Of a stretch of DNA of 32,000 bases, positions 9,451-18,328 are shown piece after piece; positions within the stretch are counted from its first letter, which is position 1, and every line of letters begins with the position of its first letter. The translations under genes were made by a program, and so were the position numbers. The notes under the pieces are model-generated. The model ran no database searches, was not told the origin of the DNA, and saw only the letters and a program-made list of their open reading frames with translations. The stretch spans positions 1 to 32,000 of the forward strand of contig JAITBP010000013.1 of NCBI GenBank assembly GCA_031283585.1. The letters run 5' to 3'. This DNA is from Puniceicoccales bacterium (GTDB lineage: Bacteria > Verrucomicrobiota > Verrucomicrobiia > Opitutales > LL51).

Positions 9451-9579
9451 TTTAATCAAAATCAATACCTATGAGACTGATTTATGACTATCAGTGGACT
9501 ATATGTCAATTCAGATGATAGAACTTGGGATAGAATGGTTACCGTGACTGCTTGTTTATTATTGTTTTAGGAAAGCCCG

Positions 9580-9598
9580 ACGGCGCCTGGGGCGCCGT
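9580..9598 (-). terminator. GC-rich hairpin, probable terminator of the 9627-11489 gene
   Basis: acggcgcc-tgg-ggcgccgt forms a perfect 8-bp GC-rich stem in an AT-rich intergenic region. It lies 29 nt downstream of the stop of the minus-strand gene. The flanking T/A tract is weak, so intrinsic termination is not certain. Confidence 0.45.
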
Positions 9599-9626
9599 GG
9601 TATATCAACGAATTTATTTGACCGAT

Positions 9627-11489
9627 TTATTCGGTCTTTTCTGCTTCTGCGTTTTTTATCTCGTTCCTTTTCTTTCGATAGTCATCCAGGTCTTTACCAT
9701 GTAGAGCAAAGAACATTTTCATGGCATTTTCTGATGGTATAATGGTTTCAATTCCCTGATCACGTAATTCTTTTATGCGTAATAAGGTATATCTGTGAAA
9801 GTATTTACCCACTTGCCCCTGTTTTTTTATCGTTTTTTGATTCTCTAAATCATTTTTGAAATTATCGACAAAATTTTTAATTTTTTTAATTTTCTTGTCT
9901 GTCATGGTGGCATCTTTTATACAATGATTAGGGTTGTTCACAGCATAGACTGCTCTGAATGGATAGTCATTGTAAACATCGTAGTCAAAGTCACTTAGAC
10001 GGTTTACGAATATGATGGTTTCACGTGATTCATTTTTGGCAGTTGCCAATCCCAGGACCTGGGCCATTTCGGCAGAGCTACCAAAAATATAATTATAACA
10101 CATCGTATTTAATATATCGCGACAATCGTAGGGATTTTTGTTGATAAAGATATTTATGTCCTCGGTACTGAGATTACTTTCAGCCCAAATGTTCTTGCAC
10201 CAATAACATAGTGATTTGGAGCTATTGTTCGATGTTTTTAGACTCGATATGACATTGAGCATGTCATCACCTACGAAATTATCCACTATTGGGAACATAT
10301 TTTTTAAAAATGTTGATGATTTTAACCCATGAAAACATTTTCTTAATTTATCTATATGTTTAGCGTAGGATTTTCCGCAAAAAGATTGTATTAAATACAC
10401 ATACCAAGCATGGCCGAATTCGTGTGGCATGGCACTGAAGTAACTTGTAAATGGCGATAGTCCCAGAAAAATATTTAGCTGCGAGTTATCAGAAAATTCC
10501 GGATATGTTAACATCCGATCACAGTAAATATCCGAGTGGTTTAAATTAATATCGGTCTTAGACTTGGTTACAAGGGCCGATGGATTATCGCTAAAAATAA
10601 AGTTAAGTTTATAATTTTCATCTAGCTCCGATCTCAACTTATTTATGGCTAAAAATGTTACAAAATGCTGCCTCAGAACGTCGTTATTTTTTATTCTGTC
10701 CGAATTGATTTCCTCCATCATCTGTTTGATGCATTTTATTCTAATCGAATATTTATTGGGATTGGATTTGTCTTCTTTACTAAATGTTACAGTGCCTTCG
10801 GTGGTTTTTAGGATACTGTCCGGTATGCCTGAATAGTCTTTCGAGCTTTTTGAGCTTTTTGAGTCTTTTGCCACGGATGGTGCCTGGTATTCTTGTTGAT
10901 CTAACGCACTATCATCTTTTGCCTTACCAGGTTCTGGTTTGTACTTATTTTTGTTAGCTTCTTTCTCTTCAAGTTTTTTGAGCAATTCTTCGGTATTTAA
11001 AAAAAACATTTGTAATTCATGGGTCCAGGCCTGGTTATTGGCGTCTGTTGCGAGGGCTTTGTAATACTCCACACGACCTTTTCCAAGTTCTTCATTAAAA
11101 GCATTGAGCACTGATTCATAGTCTATTATTCTGACATTATATTCATTAAGACCAAAGCTGTTTGGCAAATTGCTTATTTGATTTATTTCTTCGGTGTTTA
11201 ATTTTCTGGAAACTTTCATTAATGAATTATATTCAAATTTTTTGTAAACCTGTAGATAGCTTTTGAGATAGTCTAAATATTTATCAGAATCCGTGTTTGT
11301 CTTACTTAGTTCACTGATCTTTTTAAGGTTGCTTTTGGCGAACTCCAGTGATTTTTTATAAAACTCTGGGTCATTCAATCCCGGTGGCTGTGGTATGATG
11401 TCATAGGCAGTAATTTTTGGTACATTAATGACGCAGCCAAATACACTAGCGGCTATTAAAATTGTGGTTTTGATTATACCTGTTTTCAT
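9627..11489 (-). CDS. Exported (signal peptide, possible lipoprotein) protein with an HEXXH zincin motif; otherwise uncharacterised
   Basis: N-terminus MKTGIIKTTILIAASVFGCVINV is a signal peptide with a borderline lipobox (VFGC). There is a single HEFGH motif (SAMPHEFGHAWYVYL), a low-complexity KDSKSSKSSKD linker and several Cys pairs in the C-terminal half. I recognise no other family motif. Confidence 0.5.
   Translation of the reverse strand: MKTGIIKTTILIAASVFGCVINVPKITAYDIIPQPPGLNDPEFYKKSLEFAKSNLKKISELSKTNTDSDKYLDYLKSYLQVYKKFEYNSLMKVSRKLNTEEINQISNLPNSFGLNEYNVRIIDYESVLNAFNEELGKGRVEYYKALATDANNQAWTHELQMFFLNTEELLKKLEEKEANKNKYKPEPGKAKDDSALDQQEYQAPSVAKDSKSSKSSKDYSGIPDSILKTTEGTVTFSKEDKSNPNKYSIRIKCIKQMMEEINSDRIKNNDVLRQHFVTFLAINKLRSELDENYKLNFIFSDNPSALVTKSKTDINLNHSDIYCDRMLTYPEFSDNSQLNIFLGLSPFTSYFSAMPHEFGHAWYVYLIQSFCGKSYAKHIDKLRKCFHGLKSSTFLKNMFPIVDNFVGDDMLNVISSLKTSNNSSKSLCYWCKNIWAESNLSTEDINIFINKNPYDCRDILNTMCYNYIFGSSAEMAQVLGLATAKNESRETIIFVNRLSDFDYDVYNDYPFRAVYAVNNPNHCIKDATMTDKKIKKIKNFVDNFKNDLENQKTIKKQGQVGKYFHRYTLLRIKELRDQGIETIIPSENAMKMFFALHGKDLDDYRKKRNEIKNAEAEKTE
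10843..10869. repeat. 9-bp tandem repeat x3 (gagcttttt gagcttttt gagtctttt) inside the HEXXH gene
   Basis: Read directly from the sequence. It is in frame and encodes KDSKSSKSSK on the minus strand. Confidence 0.8.
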
Positions 11490-11643
11490 GTAAAAATTAT
11501 GTGAAATATCCTATGATCGTCAACGACAAAAGATTCATTGTTATGGTCTCCAGTCAGATGGTAGTTTATTCTTTTATTAAACTAAATTACCTTCTTGTAA
11601 AATAATGATTTATTGTTGAAATGAAGAATCCTTGTTCATATTT

Positions 11644-12711
11644 ATGGATTACGACCGTTATATAGCAGATGTATTATCTAGGTGTGCATTGGCCTTTTCG
11701 TTCTCTCTGATTATCGCCGGGGTTTTAGCCGGTGGCCTTATTGAGAAACTAAAGCAGTTTAAAATAAAGCAGATTTTCAGGAAAAAGGAAGAGGTTAAAA
11801 AGTTAGCAGACCTCCATTCGTCGAAAAAGAATACTCCGACCATTGGAGGGTTCATAATTTTGATACCTGCTTTGATTTGTTCGATGGAATTTACTGCTAA
11901 GAATTATTTGACCTGCACCGCACTCTTTTCCTATGTTTGTTTTTCAATTCTAGGATTTTTAGATGATTATTTAAAGATTATAAAAAAGAATACCAAAGGT
12001 GTATCCGGCCGACAAAAGCTACTATTTCAATTGGTTATGACGTTATTTATCATCGCCATTATGGCATATAATAATGACTGGCGTAATGTTGAAAATACCA
12101 TATACATTCCACTGATACATGATGAATACACCATATCACTGGCATTAATAGTCATACTTTTTTTCTTTGTATTAGCCGGTAGCAGTAACTCTGTGAATCT
12201 AACCGACGGCATGGATGGATTGGCAATAGGTTGTGTGATTTCATCGTTGGTATTTTTAGCAGTGGCTTCTATAGTAGCTGGAAATGAAACATTAGCCAGG
12301 AAGTATTGTGTACCACATTTGGATGGGGCAGGGGAGATTGCTGTGCTATGCTCGTCAATAATTGGTGCATCCCTCGTGTTTCTCTGGTATAATTCCTATC
12401 CTGCGGCGGTATTCATGGGAGATACTGGTTCGCTGGCGTTGGGCGGATTGATCGGCACAATTGCGATTCTGATAAATCAGTATATTGCCTTTGTACTGGT
12501 TGGAGGCGTATTTGTTATCGAGGCCCTGTCTGACATACTTCAGGTTGGCTATTTCAAGCTAAGCCGAGGAAAACGTATATTTAAGATGGCGCCATTACAC
12601 CATCATTTTGAGCTTAGTGGAATACATGAATCGAAAATTGTTACCAGAGTCTGGATCATTTCTATTGTATTGGCTATTTTTGGAATTTGTTCTATTTTTA
12701 TAAAAGTATGA
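11644..12711 (+). CDS. mraY: Phospho-N-acetylmuramoyl-pentapeptide transferase
   Basis: NLTDGMDGLA, FMGDTGSLALGG and APLHHHFE motifs in a multi-TM protein. The ORF track starts at TTG 11632. I prefer ATG 11644. Confidence 0.95.
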   Translation: MDYDRYIADVLSRCALAFSFSLIIAGVLAGGLIEKLKQFKIKQIFRKKEEVKKLADLHSSKKNTPTIGGFIILIPALICSMEFTAKNYLTCTALFSYVCFSILGFLDDYLKIIKKNTKGVSGRQKLLFQLVMTLFIIAIMAYNNDWRNVENTIYIPLIHDEYTISLALIVILFFFVLAGSSNSVNLTDGMDGLAIGCVISSLVFLAVASIVAGNETLARKYCVPHLDGAGEIAVLCSSIIGASLVFLWYNSYPAAVFMGDTGSLALGGLIGTIAILINQYIAFVLVGGVFVIEALSDILQVGYFKLSRGKRIFKMAPLHHHFELSGIHESKIVTRVWIISIVLAIFGICSIFIKV

Positions 12712-14039
12712 AGTACTTCGGCACAGATGGTATTCGCGGTAAATTTGGCGAATTTCCTGTAACCCTGGATGTTGTTAGCCGGGTGATACTTGCACTTCGT
12801 ATTTGTTCCGAAAGTCCTTCGCTGAAGATAGTTATTGGCCGTGATCCACGAGAGAGCGGTAGGATAATCGAAAAGACCCTATTAGACAATAGCATAGCCG
12901 CTGATGGCATTTTTTTGTGTGGAGTAGTACCTTCGCCGGCTGTGCCAATGGCTGTATTGGTTGAGGATGCTGATTTTGGCATTATGATAACGGCTTCTCA
13001 CAATCAATTTGACGACAATGGTATTAAGTTTTTTGACAAAACCGGAAAGGTTTCCGTTGAATTTGAAGAAAGATTGGAAAAATGTATAGAGTCCTGCCAG
13101 CGCAATGCCCAGGGAGGCAAGGCGAATATTATAATAGATATTTCTAAAAAAGTATCGAAGCTGTTCCTGGAGTCCATGGCATCTCGAATCAATGCCCATG
13201 GCGAAATAAAAAAAATAACAGTGGATGCGGCGAATGGGTCTCTATCTAGTTTTGTCAGAAAATGTTATAAAAATGTCTGCGGCAAAGTTATTGTGATTGG
13301 TGACGATTTGACGAAAAAAATAAATCATAGGGTTGGAAGCGAATATCCTGAAGTTATCTCGGCTGCTGTTTTGGCAAATGGCTCGGACCTTGGTATTTCC
13401 CATGACGGAGATGGAGATAGGGTAGTCATTTGCGACGAGAATGGTATTGTGATCGATGGAGAGAAGATTTTTGCATTGATTTCTGATTATTTTATGAAAA
13501 GCAAAAAAATGAGCCAGAATAGGACCATTGTCACGACGGTTATGAGCAACATGGGACTTGATGTGGCGCTGAGGAACCTTGGTGTGGTGGTCGAGCGAAC
13601 AGCTGTTGGTGATAGAAATGTGGCCAGAAGGATGTTGGAAATTGGATCAAACTTTGGTGGAGAATGTTCCGGTCATATGCTGTTTAATGACCTAGAAAGT
13701 ACAAGCAATGGCGTGCTTTCAGCGATCATGGTTATCAATGCCATGTCATTTTTAGGAATCAAAGCAAGTGATGTGCAAAAACTTGTAAAAATGTACCCAC
13801 AAAAAAAATGCAGCCTTGGTGTGAAAAAAATAATTCCCATCGAGGAGATTCCTTTTTTGGCCGGTGAATTGAAAAATATTTCCGATTACCTGTCGAAGTT
13901 TAATGGTAGGTTGGTCATAAGATACTCTGGCACAGAGCCTAAGCTTAGGATTTTAGTCGAATCCGAGTCCGATGATGTGTCAAATGAATGTTTGATAATG
14001 GCGAAAAATATTATCGCAAATAGCCCGATTATGCATTAG
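12708..14039 (+). CDS. glmM: Phosphoglucosamine mutase
   Basis: MKYFGTDGIRG, active-site loop ITASHNQFDDNGIKFF, the metal loop HDGDGDRV, and GECSGH. ATG 12708 overlaps the mraY TGA stop (ATGA). Confidence 0.93.
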   Translation: MKYFGTDGIRGKFGEFPVTLDVVSRVILALRICSESPSLKIVIGRDPRESGRIIEKTLLDNSIAADGIFLCGVVPSPAVPMAVLVEDADFGIMITASHNQFDDNGIKFFDKTGKVSVEFEERLEKCIESCQRNAQGGKANIIIDISKKVSKLFLESMASRINAHGEIKKITVDAANGSLSSFVRKCYKNVCGKVIVIGDDLTKKINHRVGSEYPEVISAAVLANGSDLGISHDGDGDRVVICDENGIVIDGEKIFALISDYFMKSKKMSQNRTIVTTVMSNMGLDVALRNLGVVVERTAVGDRNVARRMLEIGSNFGGECSGHMLFNDLESTSNGVLSAIMVINAMSFLGIKASDVQKLVKMYPQKKCSLGVKKIIPIEEIPFLAGELKNISDYLSKFNGRLVIRYSGTEPKLRILVESESDDVSNECLIMAKNIIANSPIMH

Positions 14040-14061
14040 TGTATTTGTAAGGCCTTGGGCG

Positions 14062-14658
14062 ATGAGATCTTGGGAAATAAGATTTTTGGAGAAAATTGAT
14101 GACCTGTGTCAAAGTGAGGATTGGATCTATGCGAAGTTTATATGTTTGGAGGTACTATATCTCAATCCAAATTGTATAGATGCAAGGAAATCCCTGCTGA
14201 AAATAAGGCAGTATACGAAGCCTACAAAAAAAAGTAAGATATATTTCCAATTGTTGATTCACACAGTATTAGCTGTGTTTTGTGCCATTAGGATTAAAAA
14301 AAGACACCGAGAATTGTTGGCTGAATTGGAAAGTTTGCTGGATGCTTGCCCGACCTGTCAGTGGGCTCTCAGGCTATTGAGTGAAGTGGCATTTGGTTTT
14401 GGATTTGCCGAAACCGCGATTTTTTGCATCCAATGTATCCCAGAAAAAGACAGAAATATAGAGGATTGGTTGCTTGTCGGGGAATCCTACCTTGATTCTG
14501 ACGATTTTGATATGGCAGTCGAGATTGCCAACAGGGTTTTACAAACTTCCCCGGATAATGCACGCGCAAGGGATTTGCTATGGCAATCATCGGTGGAGCA
14601 ATCGATTGATGTGGACTCCAAACGCATTAGACATCAGCGGCAGGGCTTTTCTAAGTAG
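14062..14658 (+). CDS. Hypothetical TPR-like protein with one predicted TM helix
   Basis: ATG start 22 nt after glmM. It has helical-repeat-like segments (LEVLYLNPNCIDARKSLLKI; AVEIANRVLQTSPDNARARDLLWQ) and a hydrophobic stretch, IYFQLLIHTVLAVFCAI. No family was recognised. Confidence 0.45.
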   Translation: MRSWEIRFLEKIDDLCQSEDWIYAKFICLEVLYLNPNCIDARKSLLKIRQYTKPTKKSKIYFQLLIHTVLAVFCAIRIKKRHRELLAELESLLDACPTCQWALRLLSEVAFGFGFAETAIFCIQCIPEKDRNIEDWLLVGESYLDSDDFDMAVEIANRVLQTSPDNARARDLLWQSSVEQSIDVDSKRIRHQRQGFSK

Positions 14659-14669
14659 CTGTAATTTAC

Positions 14670-15953
14670 ATGTACCTAGAACGAAATATAACCGGAGCGT
14701 CTATATGTTCCTTTTTGGCCAAAATATCGTCAACATTGCCAATGCTAGTGGCTATACCGTTGGCTATAAGCATATATGGCCCCAGGTTGGCTGGATCTTG
14801 GATTACGATCAATTCCCTGGGTGTATTTTTATCATTTTGCTGCCAATCCGGCAATCGGAGTTTGACCGTTGAGATCAATAAATATGTAAATTCCATCGAT
14901 AATTTATCGGTAAAAAAAAGCATATCGTCCTGCTATTTTTTAGCATTGATTCTGGGTATTATCCAGGCGCTTATCCTGTTATTTGTTAATAACATGCTGG
15001 ACTATGAGCTGATATTTGGGTTAACAAAATTAGAATTATCCGAGCTGCGGTACCTGTCGATTTTGCTGATTTTTTACTATGCTTTTCTGCCATTTTTATC
15101 CATTGGAAGCGATGTGAGGCTTGCGGTAAACGAGAGCCATCTGGCAAGCACTTGGCAAATCTTTGGAAACCTAATCAATATTTTCGGCATATGGCTGATG
15201 GCCTCACCTGGTTCGCGGATGATATTTTTTGTGATGGCAACATTCGCAGGCACATGCATTGCTCATTTACTTAACAATTTTTTCCTTTTTAGAAAACGAC
15301 ATGGAATTTCCCCCACCATCAGGCATGTCTCATTAAATTCGATAAAAACACTGCTGGGTTCAGGTTTTTGTTATTTTTACCTGGCAACGGTTGCGATGCT
15401 GAACACCTGCTCTAACAATGTGATAATTACCTGGGCAATTGGAGTTGATCAGGTGATTTGGTATGAAATTGGGTTTAGATTGTTTACCATGGCGATGTTT
15501 ATGAGTTATGTGTTTCAACCGCTATGGTCAGTTATCGATGGCGCAATAGGCTGTGATGAGTACACAGCGTTGAGAAAAATGTTCTTCGCCGGTGTGGTAA
15601 AAACGTTGTTGGCAAGCATTGGCTTTGCTGTTTTATTAATTATGTTTGGCAATGATATCATCGCTCTATGGGCTGGTAAACAAGTTCATATGGAAAGGGT
15701 TATGTTCATTGCCTTTGGAATTTGGTATGTGTCCACAAACGTTTCCATGTTTGTTGGCGCATTTCTTGAACATGAAAAATCGATCAAATTTGTAATGATT
15801 ACAATTTCCATAACAACGCTGGTTTCTCTGGTAGCGAAAACCCTAGCCTGTGCCTATTGTGGTTTGGCGCCGATGATAGCCATCGGTGGAATAACGCAGC
15901 TGGTGTTCTGCCTTATTCCATATTGTATCTATCTTTGGCGCAAATTGTTATAG
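14670..15953 (+). CDS. MOP-superfamily oligosaccharide/polysaccharide flippase (Wzx-like)
   Basis: 427 aa with roughly 12 hydrophobic segments and a Wzx/RfbX-like layout. It lacks the MurJ-type N-terminal R..FG.G..DAF motif. Confidence 0.6.
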   Translation: MYLERNITGASICSFLAKISSTLPMLVAIPLAISIYGPRLAGSWITINSLGVFLSFCCQSGNRSLTVEINKYVNSIDNLSVKKSISSCYFLALILGIIQALILLFVNNMLDYELIFGLTKLELSELRYLSILLIFYYAFLPFLSIGSDVRLAVNESHLASTWQIFGNLINIFGIWLMASPGSRMIFFVMATFAGTCIAHLLNNFFLFRKRHGISPTIRHVSLNSIKTLLGSGFCYFYLATVAMLNTCSNNVIITWAIGVDQVIWYEIGFRLFTMAMFMSYVFQPLWSVIDGAIGCDEYTALRKMFFAGVVKTLLASIGFAVLLIMFGNDIIALWAGKQVHMERVMFIAFGIWYVSTNVSMFVGAFLEHEKSIKFVMITISITTLVSLVAKTLACAYCGLAPMIAIGGITQLVFCLIPYCIYLWRKLL

Positions 15954-15964
15954 CTACGATAGAT

Positions 15965-16996
15965 TCATTTTGTGCCTAAATGGACATTATGCAGATTAAT
16001 ATGTTGAATATTCGGTGGTATAAGTCTGAGTGGTTTATCTTTTTTCTCCCAATTGAACCATATGTCGAAAACTTCGATGCCAATGGCTGACAATGCTTCC
16101 TTTATATTTCGTAACATTACAGGGTTGTCATCTATGGCTATGACTGTGGAACAAACATCAGATAGATTCTCAACTTTTTGTACCGTAGCTGAAAATTTTA
16201 GAAACGAAATTATGACGTCACCTTTCCTTTCTCCCTGGAGGAGAAGAAAATTATCTATTAATTTCATCCGATCAGGTTGTATGAAGTTTGAAAAAATTAT
16301 GCCACCCTGAAATACAGGAACAGCTAATATTTCTGTTATTATTTTTTCAGGTGTTTCATGGAACATACGATAATCATTGGATGAGCTTTTTAAAACAAGA
16401 AGCCTTGAACCATCCTCTAGATCAAAATTATTACTAGTACCAAGGTAATTAATATCAATGTTATCTAAAATAAATGGCAACGCAATAAATGGCCCCTCGG
16501 TACTATTGCTGTTTCCAAAGGGATCCCAAAAATTTGTCTCAAGTCGATTCATGGCATCACATCTGATGGTTGCCAATGAATGTTCTAAATTAGTTCCACA
16601 TCTTATAGGCGAAATGACGGTTTTATATTTGCCGGTGGGGTTTATAGGTTCTATGCTTAGGAAATGATCAGTGGCCGAGGTCAATCCAACGGCCCTAAAG
16701 GGACATTCCATTAGATAATTAATAAACTCTTGGCTAACAGGTATCGCATTATTACTAGGACCAACTTCAGTACATTTGGTGCTATTACCATTCAAGTAAT
16801 CGCTGGAGCTACGTATGATGGTATTATCTATGTCCACGAACATTATGGTATTGAGAGGATCCGCCTGGCCTGTGGAATATAACTCATTTAGCATGTCTAC
16901 TAATTTCTGTCCACTGCGTACCTCAATTGGATCGCCTGAACAAATAACCGCTTGCATAACAAGCAAAACCACACATATATAATTTTTAAGTAACAT
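15965..16996 (-). CDS. Secreted HAD-superfamily-like hydrolase (paralog 1, catalytic motifs intact)
   Basis: Signal peptide MLLKNYICVVLLVMQAVICSG. HAD motif I is IMFVDIDNTII (DxDxT), motif II AVGLTSAT, motif III Lys in ERKGDVI, and motif IV VIAIDDNPVM. There is a ~170-aa insertion between motifs II and III (a C2-cap position). Confidence 0.6.
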   Translation of the reverse strand: MLLKNYICVVLLVMQAVICSGDPIEVRSGQKLVDMLNELYSTGQADPLNTIMFVDIDNTIIRSSSDYLNGNSTKCTEVGPSNNAIPVSQEFINYLMECPFRAVGLTSATDHFLSIEPINPTGKYKTVISPIRCGTNLEHSLATIRCDAMNRLETNFWDPFGNSNSTEGPFIALPFILDNIDINYLGTSNNFDLEDGSRLLVLKSSSNDYRMFHETPEKIITEILAVPVFQGGIIFSNFIQPDRMKLIDNFLLLQGERKGDVIISFLKFSATVQKVENLSDVCSTVIAIDDNPVMLRNIKEALSAIGIEVFDIWFNWEKKDKPLRLIPPNIQHINLHNVHLGTK

Positions 16997-17100
16997 AAAT
17001 TGTGATGTCTAACATGTTTTAAAAAAGAATCAACCAGAATTTATTGCTAAAATAATATACGAAAAATAGGCACAACCAATGCCCAGGGAATATTTTTGAA

Positions 17101-18258
17101 TTATTGGATTGCCAAATTTCTCCAGTTAAACAATATCAACCAGATATCGATATTCTCAATTCCAGGAGTGTTCCTTAATATTGTCTCAGCATTTTTTAGT
17201 TGGCGAATGTCATCATCAACAATAATAATACGCCTATAGATATTTTTGACATCATTAATATCACAGCTGGGTGTTAATGCTTTCAAAAATGAAACAATGA
17301 CATCTCCCTTTCTGTACTCATCAGGATAATCTGTAGATTCGCCAGAATCATATAATTTCCTTCTCAAATGGGAGCGTCGTACAAAATTTGAGAAAATTAT
17401 TCCGTCTCTAAACACAGGCGTAGCTGATATTTCTCTGACTGTGCCATCAGGATCTTTTTCAATAAACCATGAACTCTGATTTAGCTGGTTATATGATTTT
17501 TGCTTAAAATATTGGACTTGCTTTGCTGACATATCATTCGGTTTTGTTGTCGGACATAACATTTTCTTTGAAAGTATTTCATCAACTTCATCGACTTCAT
17601 CGACTGAAAATATGGTTTTACCTGAACCTAATTTAAAGGTTTTATGACTATATTTTTCATAATTTTCTGTATGTTCATCAAGGTAATCATACACGAATGG
17701 TAAAATTGTATCTTCTTTTATTGTATCTTCTTTTAATTTTAATAATGGCGAAAATTTTATGCCCAACTTTTCCATTGCTTTACATCTAATTTTAGAAAAT
17801 GAAAGATTTGTTTCGCTCTTACATTGTGAAATACGCATTTCATATATTGCTTCTTCAGGGTTTTTATGACCTATTTCCTTAAAGCTAATGGTATACAAAG
17901 TAGGTGATGTAAACCCAACGATTTTTGTAGAATTTTCGCCATTGGGGTTTTTAGTTATTTCTTTCAGATAATCAATCAGCTCACGGCTAATTGGTTCAAT
18001 ATTTTTCTGTGCTATAAATGCATCTTCATTTTCTGCAGTGGATTTAGAAATACCACTGATATCACTACCATTTTCTATGATAGTATCACCTATACCAATA
18101 ATAATAATTGTTTTTTCGCTTATATCACTAGTCAACATTGATAATTTATCAATCAATTCCTGAGCGTTATTTGCATGGATTATGGGCTTGACATCTCCAA
18201 AACAAAAAACCACCTGTGAAATCAGCACAGCAATACACGAAATCTTTTTATGTAACAT
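17101..18258 (-). CDS. Secreted HAD-like paralog 2 with degenerate motif I (predicted pseudoenzyme)
   Basis: Signal peptide MLHKKISCIAVLISQVVFCFG. It shares blocks with paralog 1: PVFRDGIIFSNF, RKGDVIVSFLK, IIIVDDDIRQLKNAETIL and IDIWLILFNWRN. Motif I reads IIIIGIGDTII, so both Asp positions are Gly. Confidence 0.6.
   Translation of the reverse strand: MLHKKISCIAVLISQVVFCFGDVKPIIHANNAQELIDKLSMLTSDISEKTIIIIGIGDTIIENGSDISGISKSTAENEDAFIAQKNIEPISRELIDYLKEITKNPNGENSTKIVGFTSPTLYTISFKEIGHKNPEEAIYEMRISQCKSETNLSFSKIRCKAMEKLGIKFSPLLKLKEDTIKEDTILPFVYDYLDEHTENYEKYSHKTFKLGSGKTIFSVDEVDEVDEILSKKMLCPTTKPNDMSAKQVQYFKQKSYNQLNQSSWFIEKDPDGTVREISATPVFRDGIIFSNFVRRSHLRRKLYDSGESTDYPDEYRKGDVIVSFLKALTPSCDINDVKNIYRRIIIVDDDIRQLKNAETILRNTPGIENIDIWLILFNWRNLAIQ
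17582..17608. repeat. 9-bp tandem repeat, about 2.7 copies (tcaacttca tcgacttca tcgactgaa), in paralog 2
   Basis: Read directly from the sequence. It encodes VDEVDEVDE on the minus strand. Confidence 0.75.
17705..17734. repeat. Perfect 15-bp tandem duplication (attgtatcttctttt x2) in paralog 2
   Basis: Read directly from the sequence. It encodes KEDTIKEDTI on the minus strand. Confidence 0.85.
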
Positions 18259-18328
18259 AATACCGTCTAATTAATATTTAGACAAATTATTTACGAAAAT
18301 TGACCATAACATATTCCACTCGAGCATG

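Noticed and set aside
14474-14872. 132-aa plus-strand ORF bridging the TPR-like gene and the flippase gene.
   Set aside because: It is out of frame with both. The two flanking ORFs have proper ATG starts and coherent TM/repeat features, so there is no evidence for a frameshift or fusion.
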